Source: an uncultured Oscillospiraceae bacterium (GTDB taxonomy: Bacteria; Bacillota; Clostridia; Oscillospirales; Acutalibacteraceae). Taken from it: DNA of 64,000 bases. Shown here in pieces: positions 30,401-39,617 of the stretch (positions within the stretch are counted from its first letter, which is position 1; every line of letters starts with the position of its first letter). A model generated the notes under the pieces. That model was not told the origin of the DNA. It saw only the letters and a list, made by a program, of their open reading frames with translations, and made no database searches. The translations under genes were made by a program, and so were the position numbers. The DNA lies in the NCBI GenBank assembly GCA_900547095.1, contig URFG01000004.1:16001-80000 (forward strand), written 5' to 3'.

Positions 30401-30953
30401 TTTGGATCTTCTGAATTTCGTGAGAAGTACGGAATCCGTCAAAGAAGTTTATAAAAGGAACTCTGCTCTTAATTGAAGCCAAGTGAGCAACAGCAGCAAG
30501 ATCCATTACCTCCTGCGGATTTGTTTCTGCGAGCATAGCAAAACCCGTCTGACGACATGCGTAAACATCGGAATGGTCGCCGAAAATATTAAGAGCGTGG
30601 CTTGCAACGCAGCGCGCCGAAACGTGGAATACGCAGGGAAGAAGCTCACCTGCAATTTTATACATATTCGGGATCATAAGTAAAAGACCCTGTGAAGCTG
30701 TGAATGTGGTGGTGAGAGCACCGGCGGCAAGCGAACCGTGAACAGTACCCGCAGCACCTGCTTCTGACTGCATTTCGACAACATTTACCTTTGTGCCGAA
30801 AATATTTTTAAGACCCTGAGCAGACCACTGATCCACATAATCCGCCATAGGGCTGGACGGTGTAATCGGATAAATTCCGGCTACTTCGGTGAACGCATAG
30901 GCTACATGAGCCGCGGCGTTATTTCCGTCCATAGTTTTGAACTTTCTTGCCAT
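27411..30953 (-). CDS. nifJ: Pyruvate:ferredoxin (flavodoxin) oxidoreductase
   Basis: 1180 aa. N-terminus MARKFKTMDGNNAAAHVAYAFTEVAGIYPITPSS, internal 2x[4Fe-4S] CxxCxxCxxxCP, TPP-binding GGDGW motif. Confidence 0.95.
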   Translation of the reverse strand: MARKFKTMDGNNAAAHVAYAFTEVAGIYPITPSSPMADYVDQWSAQGLKNIFGTKVNVVEMQSEAGAAGTVHGSLAAGALTTTFTASQGLLLMIPNMYKIAGELLPCVFHVSARCVASHALNIFGDHSDVYACRQTGFAMLAETNPQEVMDLAAVAHLASIKSRVPFINFFDGFRTSHEIQKIQIWDYEDLKEMCDMDAVKAFRKRALNPEHPVMRGSHENDDIFFQNREACNKYYDAVPGIVEEYMGKVNAKLGTDYKLFNYYGAADAERVIIAMGSVCDVAEEVIDYLTAKGEKVGLVKVRLYRPFSAEKLVEAIPETVKKIAVLDRTKEPGALGEPLYMDVVGALAATGRKVDTVIGGRYGLGSKDTPPASIFAVYKELSKDAPKAQFTIGIVDDVTNLSLEEEEAPNTAAEGTIECKFWGLGGDGTVGANKDSIKIIGDHTDKYVQAYFQYDSKKTGGITVSHLRFGDKPIKSPYYINKADFVACHNPSYVIKGYKMVNDVKPGGVFLINCQWNAEELDRHMPAEAKRYIAKNNIKLYTVNAIDIAAKIGLGKRTNTVLQSAFFALAKVLPVDEAIGYMKEKAQKFMKKGKEIVEMNEKAIDAGATAFVQVDVPASWADAEDVKTAVTENGPEKLVKMVDGIMKPVGLMNGYELPVSAFTDHADGTFEQGASAFEKRGVAVMVPEWNNETCIGCNKCAFVCPHATLRPFALSDDEKANAPANTKYAVKEKTVSSKGYTYALTVSPLDCMGCGVCVGVCPTASLKMVSQESQLDEQKVFDYCVANVSEKKEVATDANVITSQFKKPLLEFSGSCAGCAETSYARLITQLFGDRMYISNATGCSSIWGGPAATSPYTTNAEGHGPAWANSLFEDNAEHGYGMFLGQTAIRERLIDDAKAISESDKASAEVKAAADKYLETLNDAKSNAEASKALTAAIKASGADCDKCKDILENSEYLSKKSVWIFGGDGWAYDIGFGGVDHVLASGRNVNIMVFDTEVYSNTGGQASKASNIGQVAQFAAAGKAIAKKSLAEIAMSYGYIYVAQVAMGADQNQTLKALKEAEAYDGPSLVIGYAPCEMHSIKGGMVNCQKEMKKAVDCGYWDLFRYNPALKAEGKNPFSLDSKPATTDYKEFILGEARYSSLTRSFPERAEQLFDKAAQTAKARRAHLEKLVELYGK

Positions 30954-31077
30954 GGAAAATTCCTCCTGTAAAATAATAAATAAGATTATATCCGCTAATA
31001 CCGCAGAGCGGTATCATACTAATATATAGTAACACTTTTCCACGCTTTTGTAAACAAAAAATATTATTTTTTATCAA

Positions 31078-31122
31078 AAAATCCGCTCTTTTGCAAAAAG
31101 CAGAAGAGCGGATTTGGATTTA
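31078..31122 (-). terminator. Rho-independent terminator after the nucleoside ABC operon
   Basis: ATCCGCTCTT...AAGAGCGGAT hairpin followed by a T-run on the minus strand. Confidence 0.55.
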
Positions 31123-31125
31123 ATG

Positions 31126-32106
31126 TTATCTTTCCTCTCTGAAATAGGAAAGACCGAGAGCCTGAGGAGGTTGATTTTCGCGTTTTTTGTGAATGCTGAC
31201 TACTATTAAAACGATAATTGTTACAACATACGGTAACATCTGGATAAGCGGGATCATCTGCATAGGCACGTTTATATAATTGAAAAGAATATAAAGCGCT
31301 CCGAAGAGATAAGAGCCTGCTATCGCGAGCGAAGGCTTCCAGGTTGCGAAAATAACTATCGCTATTGCAAGCCAGCCGCGGTCGCCGAAGCCGTTATTGG
31401 ACCAGATACCGTTAGAGTAATCCATAACATAGAAAAGTCCGCCGAGGCCTGCGATCATTCCGCCGATACAGGTAGCGCTGTATTTATATTTGGTAACATT
31501 GATACCTGCCGCATCGGCAGTTGCAGGATTTTCACCTACCGCCCTCAAATTAAGGCCGAACTTTGTTTTCTTTAAAAATACCGCTACAACTATCGCTATT
31601 ATAACCGCAAGATATACCATAAAGCCGTACGAAAAGAAAAGCTTTCCTACATCTCCCATATCTTCGGCAAAAGGAAGGGTGGTTTTAAATGCTCTCGCAA
31701 TTTCCACCAAAGAAAGATAAGGAACATCGCTTTTAATAATTTTTATGAGCGATCCGCCGAAGAAGTTTCCGCAGCCGATACCGAAAGTGGTGATGGCAAG
31801 ACCCGTAACATTCTGATTAGCTCTTAAAGTAACAGTTAAGAAGCAATAAAGCAACGATACGAGGAACGAGCCTAAAAGGCAGCACAAAAGCGGAATTAAA
31901 ACCGCCAAGAACGGAGAAACCTCATAGGCGTTTGTTTGATATAAAAATCCGCCGACAACGCCGGATATCGCTCCGATATACATAATTCCCGGAATTCCGA
32001 GGTTTAAGTTACCGGACTTCTCGGTTAAAATTTCACCGGTTGAGCCGAAAAGCAAAGGAGTGCCCTGCAAAATAGCGCGCTGAATAAAATTGATTATAGC
32101 TATCAT
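31126..32106 (-). CDS. ABC transporter permease (nucleoside/BMP-type uptake system, second permease)
   Basis: 326 aa, multi-TM. Overlaps the upstream permease stop. Operon context with a BMP lipoprotein. Confidence 0.75.
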   Translation of the reverse strand: MIAIINFIQRAILQGTPLLFGSTGEILTEKSGNLNLGIPGIMYIGAISGVVGGFLYQTNAYEVSPFLAVLIPLLCCLLGSFLVSLLYCFLTVTLRANQNVTGLAITTFGIGCGNFFGGSLIKIIKSDVPYLSLVEIARAFKTTLPFAEDMGDVGKLFFSYGFMVYLAVIIAIVVAVFLKKTKFGLNLRAVGENPATADAAGINVTKYKYSATCIGGMIAGLGGLFYVMDYSNGIWSNNGFGDRGWLAIAIVIFATWKPSLAIAGSYLFGALYILFNYINVPMQMIPLIQMLPYVVTIIVLIVVSIHKKRENQPPQALGLSYFREER

Positions 32107-33203
32107 TAGTTTTCCTCCTTTTTACGGTGAGAGAAGTTAATCTTATAATTGATGAAGAATTCGCAGCCGATTATAAAGAAGAGAATAATTCCTGTTATGA
32201 TATCAGAAAAATCTCCGTTAAGACCGAATTTCGAAGTCACCTCATCTGCGCCTCTGCCGAGGAAAACAAGCAGGAGAGTCGTTAAAATCATATTGATAGG
32301 ATTAAATTTTCCGAGCCAGGAAACCATAATTGCTGTAAATCCTCTGCCGGCAACGAGGTTTGAATCTATCGAATGCGAAGAACCTCCGACAAGCAAAAGA
32401 CCTGCTATACCGCAGACAGCTCCCGAAACGAGCATTGTGCGGATAATGACCTTTTTAACATTTATTCCTATGTATCTTGCGGTGTTTTCGCTTTCACCGA
32501 CAACGGAAATTTCATAGCCGTGCTTACTGTACTTAAGATAGATATACATAAGAACGGTAATAAGTGCTACAACTATGATATTTAAAAGATATTTAACTCC
32601 GAAAATACCGGGCAGCCAGCCGTGGCTTAAAAGGTCGGGACCTACAACATTCGAGCCGCTCTTATCGGCAATTTTAAGGAAATATTCAACGAGCTGAATA
32701 GCCACATAGTTCATCATAAGCGTAAAGAGCGTTTCGTTGGTCTTCCACTCAGCTTTGAAAATCGCAGGGATAACTCCCCAAATCATTCCCGCAGCAACAG
32801 CGCAGACTATCATTATTATAATGAGTGCCCATTCAGGAATCTTTCCGCCGAGATAAAACATACAAACAGCCGTTGCAAGGCAGCCTATAAGCACCTGACC
32901 TTCAGCACCCGTGTTCCAGAATTTCATTCGGAAAGCAGGCGTTACAGCGAGCGAAATGCAAAGAAGAATTGCAATATCGTGGATAGTAACTAAAAGCCTA
33001 CCCTGTCCTACTGCGCCGTGAATAATGGTCTTATATATCGATATCGGATTATCGCCTGTTAAAACCTTAGTAACTATTCCGCAAACAACAAGCGCTAAAA
33101 CTATCGCTATAAATCTTACAAGAAACTTGGTTTTAAACGGAACGTTATCTTTTTTTGAAATATACACGAGAGGCTCGCGATGATGTTTTAATTTATCTTT
33201 CAT
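32106..33203 (-). CDS. ABC transporter permease (nucleoside/BMP-type uptake system, first permease)
   Basis: 365 aa, multi-TM. Confidence 0.75.
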   Translation of the reverse strand: MKDKLKHHREPLVYISKKDNVPFKTKFLVRFIAIVLALVVCGIVTKVLTGDNPISIYKTIIHGAVGQGRLLVTIHDIAILLCISLAVTPAFRMKFWNTGAEGQVLIGCLATAVCMFYLGGKIPEWALIIIMIVCAVAAGMIWGVIPAIFKAEWKTNETLFTLMMNYVAIQLVEYFLKIADKSGSNVVGPDLLSHGWLPGIFGVKYLLNIIVVALITVLMYIYLKYSKHGYEISVVGESENTARYIGINVKKVIIRTMLVSGAVCGIAGLLLVGGSSHSIDSNLVAGRGFTAIMVSWLGKFNPINMILTTLLLVFLGRGADEVTSKFGLNGDFSDIITGIILFFIIGCEFFINYKINFSHRKKEEN

Positions 33204-34722
33204 TGTTCTTGCCTCCCGATTTAGTCATCAGCAATCCGAGTTCTTCCTTGGTTGCTTCCCTGCCGTCTACAATACCGGTTATTCTGCCTGAGTTTACAAC
33301 TATTATTCTGTCACAAAGTTCAGTCAGAACATCAAGGTCTTCGCCGACGAATATTACCGCAACGCCGTTTTTCTTCTGCTGATTTAAAAGATTATATATC
33401 ATATAGGAGGAATTGATATCAAGGCCTCTTACGGGATAAGCCGCCATAAGCACAGTCGGAGAAGCGGCGATCTCGCGCCCTACGAGAACTTTCTGAACAT
33501 TACCGCCCGAAAGTCTTCTTACGGGTGTGTTTGCATTCGGGGTTACGACTTCGAGATCTCTTATAATATCCTCTGCAAGCTTTTTAGGTGACTGGCGGTT
33601 TAAGAACATCGATCTGCCTCTTGTGTAGGATCTAAGCATCATATTATCGACAATATCCATATTGCCCACAAGTCCCATACCGAGCCTATCCTCAGGAACG
33701 AAAGAAAGTCTTACTCCGAGTTCTCTTATCTGCATAGGAGTTTTATCTCTTAAATTTTCTTCAAGTCCGTTTTTAGGATTGTTATAAATTATCTCGCCGC
33801 CTGAGATATGCTGAAGACCTGCTATAGCTTCCAAAAGCTCTCTTTGACCGCTGCCCGCAATTCCCGCAATTCCTAAAATTTCTCCGCTTTTAGCGGTAAA
33901 GGTTATATCATCAAGAACCTTAACGCCGTTTTCATCATAAAGGTCGATACCTTTAACAAAAAGTCTGTCAATGCTGTTTTCAGGCTCTGATCTGTCAATA
34001 TTAAGCGATATCTTTTTGCCTACCATCATTTCGGTAAGCTCGGATTCGTTGGTTTCACTCGTTACAACAGTATCTATATATTCGCCTTTGCGAAGGATAG
34101 ATACTCTGTCCGACACAGAGAGGACCTCGTGCATTTTATGAGTGATAATGATGATGGATTTTCCGTCATCACGCATTCTTTTGAGTACGGCAAACAGCTT
34201 ATCTGTTTCCTGAGGGGTCAAAACAGCGGTAGGCTCATCGAGGATAAGGATATCCGCTCCCCTGTATAAAACTTTAATTATCTCAACGGTCTGTTTTTCA
34301 GAAACAGACATTTGATAAATCTTCTTTTTGGGGTCTATTTCAAAACCGTATTTTTCGGAAATTTCGGCAACGCGTGAAGCAGCTGCCTTTAAATTAAACT
34401 TTCCCCCGTCATTAATTCCGAGGACTATATTTTCGGTAGCGCTGAAAACATCAACAAGCTTAAAATGCTGATGGATCATACCGATCTTTAAATCAAACGC
34501 ATCCTTAGGAGAGTTAATGGATACCACTTCGCCGTTAACAAGAATTTCGCCCTCATCGGGATGATAAATTCCGGCTATCATATTCATCAGCGTGGTCTTG
34601 CCCGAACCGTTTTCTCCCAAAACAGCAAGTATCTCGCCTTTTTTAACGATTAAATTTATATTTTTATTGGCAACTATCTTACTGAATCGTTTTGTAACAT
34701 TTCTGATTTCAAGTGCGTTCAC
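33193..34722 (-). CDS. ABC transporter ATP-binding protein with duplicated ATPase domains
   Basis: 509 aa. Two Walker A sites (GENGSGKTT; GIAGSGQRE) and two signature regions, typical of sugar/nucleoside-type ABC ATPases. Confidence 0.85.
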   Translation of the reverse strand: MNALEIRNVTKRFSKIVANKNINLIVKKGEILAVLGENGSGKTTLMNMIAGIYHPDEGEILVNGEVVSINSPKDAFDLKIGMIHQHFKLVDVFSATENIVLGINDGGKFNLKAAASRVAEISEKYGFEIDPKKKIYQMSVSEKQTVEIIKVLYRGADILILDEPTAVLTPQETDKLFAVLKRMRDDGKSIIIITHKMHEVLSVSDRVSILRKGEYIDTVVTSETNESELTEMMVGKKISLNIDRSEPENSIDRLFVKGIDLYDENGVKVLDDITFTAKSGEILGIAGIAGSGQRELLEAIAGLQHISGGEIIYNNPKNGLEENLRDKTPMQIRELGVRLSFVPEDRLGMGLVGNMDIVDNMMLRSYTRGRSMFLNRQSPKKLAEDIIRDLEVVTPNANTPVRRLSGGNVQKVLVGREIAASPTVLMAAYPVRGLDINSSYMIYNLLNQQKKNGVAVIFVGEDLDVLTELCDRIIVVNSGRITGIVDGREATKEELGLLMTKSGGKNNER

Positions 34723-34804
34723 TTTTTTCCTCCTTTTTAAAAATCAAAATACACAAGGGGAGCTTACTGTCCCCTTGTGCCGAAAGTTTTAAAAAGACTT
34801 TAAA

Positions 34805-36076
34805 TTACATCTTTTCATTGAGGTTGGTTATACCGTCAATGATCATATCAAAGTAAGGAGCAGAACGGAAATCCTTAGCGTTTGACTCGTCAAAGTAACC
34901 GTCGTGGATTACATTGGTTTCGCCCTTGAAGTCGCCGTCAACGTCAGCAAGGTACTCGGTAAGGTTTTTACCGTCCTTAGTGAACTTGCTTGTATCAAAT
35001 ACGTGGAGCGATCCTGCTTTGAAAGCGTCGATAGCTTCATTGATCTTCTCTTCGGTTCCTTTTGCCGCAACGTCTTCATTAAGACCTGTGAGAACAACAG
35101 AGTTTGAAGCTATATCTCCGCACCAGTCAGCAGCGATAGCCTCGCCCTTAACAACGCACTCGATGATGTACTGGAAGTAAGGAGCCCAGTTGATAGCGGA
35201 AGATACGATGAATGAATTTTTACCTGCGGAATAAGTGCTTCCGTTATAAGAAACGTTCGGAACGCCTGCAAGCTCGCAAGCGGTAGGAGCGCCGAGAGAG
35301 TCAGCATGCTGGCTTATAAGAACGCACTTGTCTTTTTCGATAAGAGCTGTAGCAGCTTCCTGCTCTTTAGCCTGATCATACCATGAACCTGTGTAACGAA
35401 CTTTCATTGTAGCGGATTCGCAAACAGAGCGAGCGCCGAGGAAGAATGAAGTCATACCGGAGATAACCTCTGCATAGGTGTAAGCTCCGACATAGCCGAT
35501 TATAGCTTCATCAGCTTTGATCTTTCCGTCTTTAATCATTTCGTTAAGCTTCATACCGGCGGCAATACCTGCAAGATATCTGCCTTCATAAATAGAAGCG
35601 AATGTATTGTGGAAGTTAGCAAGACCTGCGGTCTTTGCGGAAGTACCTGTAGCATGGCAGAACTGAACTTCCGGGAATTCAGCGGCTGCCTGCTTTAAAA
35701 ATGACTCGTGACCGAAAGAATCTGCGAAGATAACTTTGCAGCCTTTATTCTTGGCAAGGTCAACTGCGGTATCATAGCATTTGCTGTCTTCACCGATTCC
35801 GGTAACGATTACAACCTGATCGTCTTTAAGACCCATACCTTTTTGAACCGATTTAAGAGCCTGTATAAAGTTGTTGTCATAAGTGGAGTTTTCATCGTGA
35901 AGACAGATCATTCCGATTTTGAAATCATCGGGAACTGTTACTTCTGATTTGATCTCCTGGCGAGGAAGGATCTCTGCGCCTTCGCCCTTTGCGGTCTTTT
36001 TCGAGCTTCCTTTGCAGCCTGCAAAACAGCCTACAATGAGAAGTCCGGCAAGAAGAACTGCCAATAACTTTTTCAT
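34805..36076 (-). CDS. BMP-family (basic membrane protein / PnrA-like) ABC substrate-binding lipoprotein
   Basis: 423 aa. Lipobox LLIVGCFAGC. Family-level similarity to Bmp/Med/PnrA nucleoside-binding proteins. Confidence 0.75.
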   Translation of the reverse strand: MKKLLAVLLAGLLIVGCFAGCKGSSKKTAKGEGAEILPRQEIKSEVTVPDDFKIGMICLHDENSTYDNNFIQALKSVQKGMGLKDDQVVIVTGIGEDSKCYDTAVDLAKNKGCKVIFADSFGHESFLKQAAAEFPEVQFCHATGTSAKTAGLANFHNTFASIYEGRYLAGIAAGMKLNEMIKDGKIKADEAIIGYVGAYTYAEVISGMTSFFLGARSVCESATMKVRYTGSWYDQAKEQEAATALIEKDKCVLISQHADSLGAPTACELAGVPNVSYNGSTYSAGKNSFIVSSAINWAPYFQYIIECVVKGEAIAADWCGDIASNSVVLTGLNEDVAAKGTEEKINEAIDAFKAGSLHVFDTSKFTKDGKNLTEYLADVDGDFKGETNVIHDGYFDESNAKDFRSAPYFDMIIDGITNLNEKM

Positions 36077-36124
36077 TTTTTGTTTCCCCCAAAATTTTTT
36101 ATATGTAAATAAATTTACACCGAA

Positions 36125-36700
36125 TTAAATCTCTCTGAAACGAATTGTATCCTCATTCATTTCATCGATAACGGCAAGGGACTCTACCCTTATGCCTTTT
36201 TCACGCAATGCGTCGCCGCCGCCCTGAAAACCTTTTTCCACCGCACAGGTGCAGCCTGCAAGCTTTGCTCCCGCCTGATTGACGATATCTATAAGACCCT
36301 CTAAAGCCTTACCGTTCGCCAAAAAATCATCAACGATCACAACATTGTCAGAAGAATCGATATAATCTTTCGGAACGACAACATCGTAATCGCTGTTATG
36401 TGTATATGAATGAACGACTGTTTTATAAACATCACCGCTCACATTTGCGCTCTTACCTTTTTTTGCAAAAACCGTGGGAATATTCATAGCCATTCCTGCC
36501 GCAACCGCAAGAGCAATACCCGACGCTTCAATAGTTAAAATTTTAGTAACGCCGCAGTTATTATAAATATTTTTGATCTCTTCGCCTATTTCGCGCAAAA
36601 AGGCAACATCTATCTGCTGATTTAAAAAAGAGCCGACTTTAAGAATATTACCCGGGAGAACTTTACCTTCATTGATTATTTTCTGCTCTAATGCTTTCAA
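36125..36700 (-). CDS. xpt: Xanthine phosphoribosyltransferase
   Basis: 191 aa, strong similarity (PRPP-binding VVIVDDFLANG). TTG start at 36700 with a GGGGAGGG RBS. Confidence 0.9.
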   Translation of the reverse strand: MKALEQKIINEGKVLPGNILKVGSFLNQQIDVAFLREIGEEIKNIYNNCGVTKILTIEASGIALAVAAGMAMNIPTVFAKKGKSANVSGDVYKTVVHSYTHNSDYDVVVPKDYIDSSDNVVIVDDFLANGKALEGLIDIVNQAGAKLAGCTCAVEKGFQGGGDALREKGIRVESLAVIDEMNEDTIRFREI

Positions 36701-36720
36701 AAAAGTTCCCTCCCCTTACA

Positions 36721-36752
36721 AAAATAAAAAAACAGATCAAAAAGATCTGCTT
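36721..36752 (-). terminator. Riboswitch expression-platform terminator
   Basis: Minus-strand GCAGAUCUUUUUGAUCUGUUUUUUUAUUUUU between the aptamer and the xpt RBS. Confidence 0.7.
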
Positions 36753-36799
36753 ACCGATATAAACAACGCACAGCACATATATAAATATATGCGTTATTT

Positions 36800-36875
36800 T
36801 TTAAAACCAATAGTCGCTGCTGTGGCGCTGCGGTAGAAACATTTGGGCCATTTATCCAAACCTATATCGGTGAGC
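36800..36875 (-). promoter_or_regulatory. Purine (guanine/xanthine-class) riboswitch aptamer upstream of xpt
   Basis: Minus-strand RNA CCGAUAUAGGUUUGGAUAAAUGGCCCAAAUGUUUCUACCGCAGCGCCACAGCAGCGACUAUUGG. P1 is CCGAUA/UAUUGG, J1/2 is UAUA, P2-L2 is GGAUAAAUGGCCC, and GUUUCUACC and GACUAU (C discriminator) are conserved. P3 is non-canonical. Confidence 0.65.
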
Positions 36876-37004
36876 TATTAAATTTTACAAGCATATGGTA
36901 ACATAAAAAATTCCATTTGTCAATAAGTGAAATTCAAAATTGTCAACTTTAGTATATTTTAATAATAAAGTGACGAAAAACAGAAATTTTTTATAGTTTT
37001 ATAC

Positions 37005-37033
37005 TTGTAGCCATTCTTTAAAAGTGATATAAT
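37005..37033 (+). promoter_or_regulatory. Sigma-A-type promoter for the serine dehydratase genes (-35 TTGTAG / 17 nt / extended -10 TGaTATAAT)
   Basis: Read directly from the sequence. Confidence 0.5.
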
Positions 37034-37063
37034 TTCAGATAATTTAAAAAGAGGGTGAATCTT

Positions 37064-37732
37064 TTGCGACTAACCGATATTTTAGGTCCGGTCATGGTAG
37101 GACCGTCAAGCAGCCATACCGCAGGAGCGGTGAAAATCGGTCTTGTGGCCTTAAAGCTTTTGGGTGAAAGCCCGAAAAGAGCCGATATTTTCTTAAGCGG
37201 CAGTTTTGCTCTCACAGGAGCCGGCCACGGCACGGATCTTGCGATAATTGCAGGTCTTCTCGGAATGAAACCGGATGATCTGAGGATTTCAAAAAGCTTT
37301 TCTGTTGCCGAGGAAAAAGGGCTTGAATTTTCTTTTTCCGTGAAGAATATAAGAAACGCCCACCCGAACACCGTGCAGATAAAGCTTTGCGGATGCACCG
37401 GGCGAACGCTTGATATAATTGCCGAAAGCATCGGAGGAGGCAGAATTCACATAAGCCATATAGACGGCATAGAGGCAAATTTTTACTGCGAGCACAACAC
37501 CCTTATCGTTCATAACCAGGATGTGCCGGGCCATGTTGCGGCGGTTTCTGCGGCGCTTAAAGAACAAAATATTAATATTGCTACTATGCAGCTTTACAGA
37601 AGCGTTCACGGAGGGTATGCCGTAATGATTCTTGAGTGCGACGAGCCGATACCGAGGGATATTGAAAACAAGCTTTCGCATATCAAGGGAATTAAAAAGG
37701 TTACCGTTTTCAATCAGGAGGAAGAATTATGA
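37064..37732 (+). CDS. sdaAB: L-serine dehydratase, iron-sulfur-dependent, beta subunit
   Basis: LTDILGPVMVGPSSSHTAGAVKIG is the SdaAB N-terminus, followed by an ACT-like C-terminus. Start set at TTG 37064 (GAGGG RBS 8 nt upstream). The ORF-track GTG at 37055 overlaps the RBS. Confidence 0.85.
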   Translation: MRLTDILGPVMVGPSSSHTAGAVKIGLVALKLLGESPKRADIFLSGSFALTGAGHGTDLAIIAGLLGMKPDDLRISKSFSVAEEKGLEFSFSVKNIRNAHPNTVQIKLCGCTGRTLDIIAESIGGGRIHISHIDGIEANFYCEHNTLIVHNQDVPGHVAAVSAALKEQNINIATMQLYRSVHGGYAVMILECDEPIPRDIENKLSHIKGIKKVTVFNQEEEL

Positions 37733-38088
37733 AAAGCATTTCTTCACTGCTAAAAACAGCCTCAAAACACGAAAAACCGCTTTACCTCGTTATCGCCGAA
37801 AGCGACTGCGAGGAAAACGGAGGAGAAATAAGCGCTTTAAAAGCGCAGTTTAAGGCATTATGGAATGTTATGCGCGAAACAAGCGAAAATTATTCTTCTT
37901 CCGATAGGTCGAAAAGCGGCTTATCGGGAGGCGACGCGGGAAAAATAAGCAGCTTTAAAGAAAGTCTGCTCGGCGGAAACTATATTTTAAGGGTTACCGA
38001 AGAGGCGCTTAAAACCGCGGAATGTAACGCCTGTATGAAAAGAATAGTCGCCTCTCCCACCGCAAAAAAAGCTTACGCAGTCGCTTAG
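37729..38088 (+). pseudogene. sdaAA: L-serine dehydratase alpha subunit, truncated N-terminal fragment (119 codons of an expected ~290)
   Basis: GLSGGDAGKI...ECNACMKRIVASPTAKKAYAVA* aligns with the SdaAA N-terminal third and stops where the catalytic core should begin. A terminator follows immediately. There is no space for the remaining ~170 codons before the next gene. Confidence 0.6.
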
Positions 38089-38107
38089 AACGAACAATTT
38101 TGAATAA

Positions 38108-38150
38108 AAAAACCGCGCCGATAAAAATTCGGCGCGGTTTTTTTATTTTT
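38108..38150. terminator. Bidirectional Rho-independent terminator
   Basis: AAAAAACCGCGCCGATAAAAATTCGGCGCGGTTTTTTTATTTTT, A-run and T-run flanking a 9-bp GC-rich stem. Confidence 0.8.
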
Positions 38151-39522
38151 CTGTAATGCAATCGGCAACATAAATTCCCATTGCTCCCGACTGTGAAAGG
38201 CCTCGGCAAATTCCGCTGCCGTCGCCTATAATATAAACATTATCGATAAGCTCAAATTTATCGTTCATAAATACAGGTCTTATCGAATAGTATTTACTTT
38301 CGCACCCGTAAAGCAAAGTATCGTCGTTAGCCGTTCCGGGAGCGACTTTATCGAGCGCATAAATAGTTTCGATTATATTTGTAAGTATTCTGTGCGGAAG
38401 AGCAAGAGAAATATCTCCGGCAGTCGCTTTCAAAGTAGGAATGACGGTGTTTTGAGAAAGGCGGTGGTCATTGGTTCTTCTTCCTCTTATAAGATCGCCG
38501 AAGCGCTGAACAAGAACATTTCCCTTACCTATCATATTAGCGATTCTCGAAATATTTTCGGCATATTCCGTGGGCTGATTGAAAGGCTCTGTAAATCTTA
38601 TGCTTGAAAGAATAGCAAAGTTGCAGTTATCGGTCTTTTTATCCGCCTGTGCGAAAGAGTGGCCGTTTGCGGTTATTATACCGTGATTGTTTTCCGCCGA
38701 AACAAGACCGCCCTGATTAAAGCAAAACATTCTGCAGCGATCCTCAAATGTTTTTGTTTTATAAAGAATTTTAGGCTCATAAATCTTTGAAGAAAATTCT
38801 CTCCAGATTATATCTTTCATTTCGACTCTTACGCCGATATCGATATGATTGGACTTTGTTTTCACATCGAATTTTTTGCAGAATCCGGAAACGAAATTGG
38901 CACCGCCTCTTCCTGTTGCGATTATGATATTTTTAGCTGTGAGCGTTTCGCCGTTTGAATAAATGAGCTTATAAATATCGTTTTCTTTTTCCGCATTTAT
39001 GCAGTCATAAAAGCTGAAAAGCTCGGTGCCGCCGGCTTTGATAGCGTTTATAAGATTCTGCATTGTGATATAATTGTTATCGGTACCCAAATGCTTAACG
39101 TTCATATCAAGCAGACGCAGATTATTCTGAATGCATTTAAGCTTCAGTTCATCATTGGTATTATAAACTTTAGGAATACCCGAAGTGCAGTATTCGTTAA
39201 GAATCTCATCGACCTCGGCTATATATTTATTCGCGGTATCGTCACCTAATTCCTCGCCGAGCGTTCCGCCGTAAGACGTGCCGAGATTGAATTTTCCGTC
39301 GGAAAAAGCGCCCGCTCCCGCAAAACCGCTTGTGATAGAGCAAATTTTACAATGTGCGCAGGTATTATTCTTTCCTGCGGGGCATTTCCTGTTTTCAAGA
39401 GTATTTCCGCGTTCCGTAACCGCGATCTTCATTTCGGGGCTGTTCTTTTTCAGTCTGTATGCCGCCATAAGGCCGCCTATTCCGCCGCCTATTATGACCG
39501 TATCAAAACTTAAGCCTGCCAT
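38143..39522 (-). CDS. FAD-dependent oxidoreductase (COG2509-like NAD(FAD)-utilising dehydrogenase)
   Basis: Dinucleotide-binding GxGxxG (VIIGGGIGGLMAAY) at the N-terminus. Start set at MAGLSFDTV. Confidence 0.6.
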   Translation of the reverse strand: MAGLSFDTVIIGGGIGGLMAAYRLKKNSPEMKIAVTERGNTLENRKCPAGKNNTCAHCKICSITSGFAGAGAFSDGKFNLGTSYGGTLGEELGDDTANKYIAEVDEILNEYCTSGIPKVYNTNDELKLKCIQNNLRLLDMNVKHLGTDNNYITMQNLINAIKAGGTELFSFYDCINAEKENDIYKLIYSNGETLTAKNIIIATGRGGANFVSGFCKKFDVKTKSNHIDIGVRVEMKDIIWREFSSKIYEPKILYKTKTFEDRCRMFCFNQGGLVSAENNHGIITANGHSFAQADKKTDNCNFAILSSIRFTEPFNQPTEYAENISRIANMIGKGNVLVQRFGDLIRGRRTNDHRLSQNTVIPTLKATAGDISLALPHRILTNIIETIYALDKVAPGTANDDTLLYGCESKYYSIRPVFMNDKFELIDNVYIIGDGSGICRGLSQSGAMGIYVADCITEK

Positions 39523-39617
39523 TTTTTTCACTCCAAAAAAATATAATAGGACCATTATCCTCAGACAATGGCCCTCTCAATAATATATCATTTAATCTCT
39601 ATTTTGTCAACTCTTTT

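Noticed and set aside
37055-37063. GTG start for sdaAB proposed by the ORF track
   Set aside because: The GTG overlaps the Shine-Dalgarno GAGGG itself. TTG at 37064 has proper 8-nt spacing.
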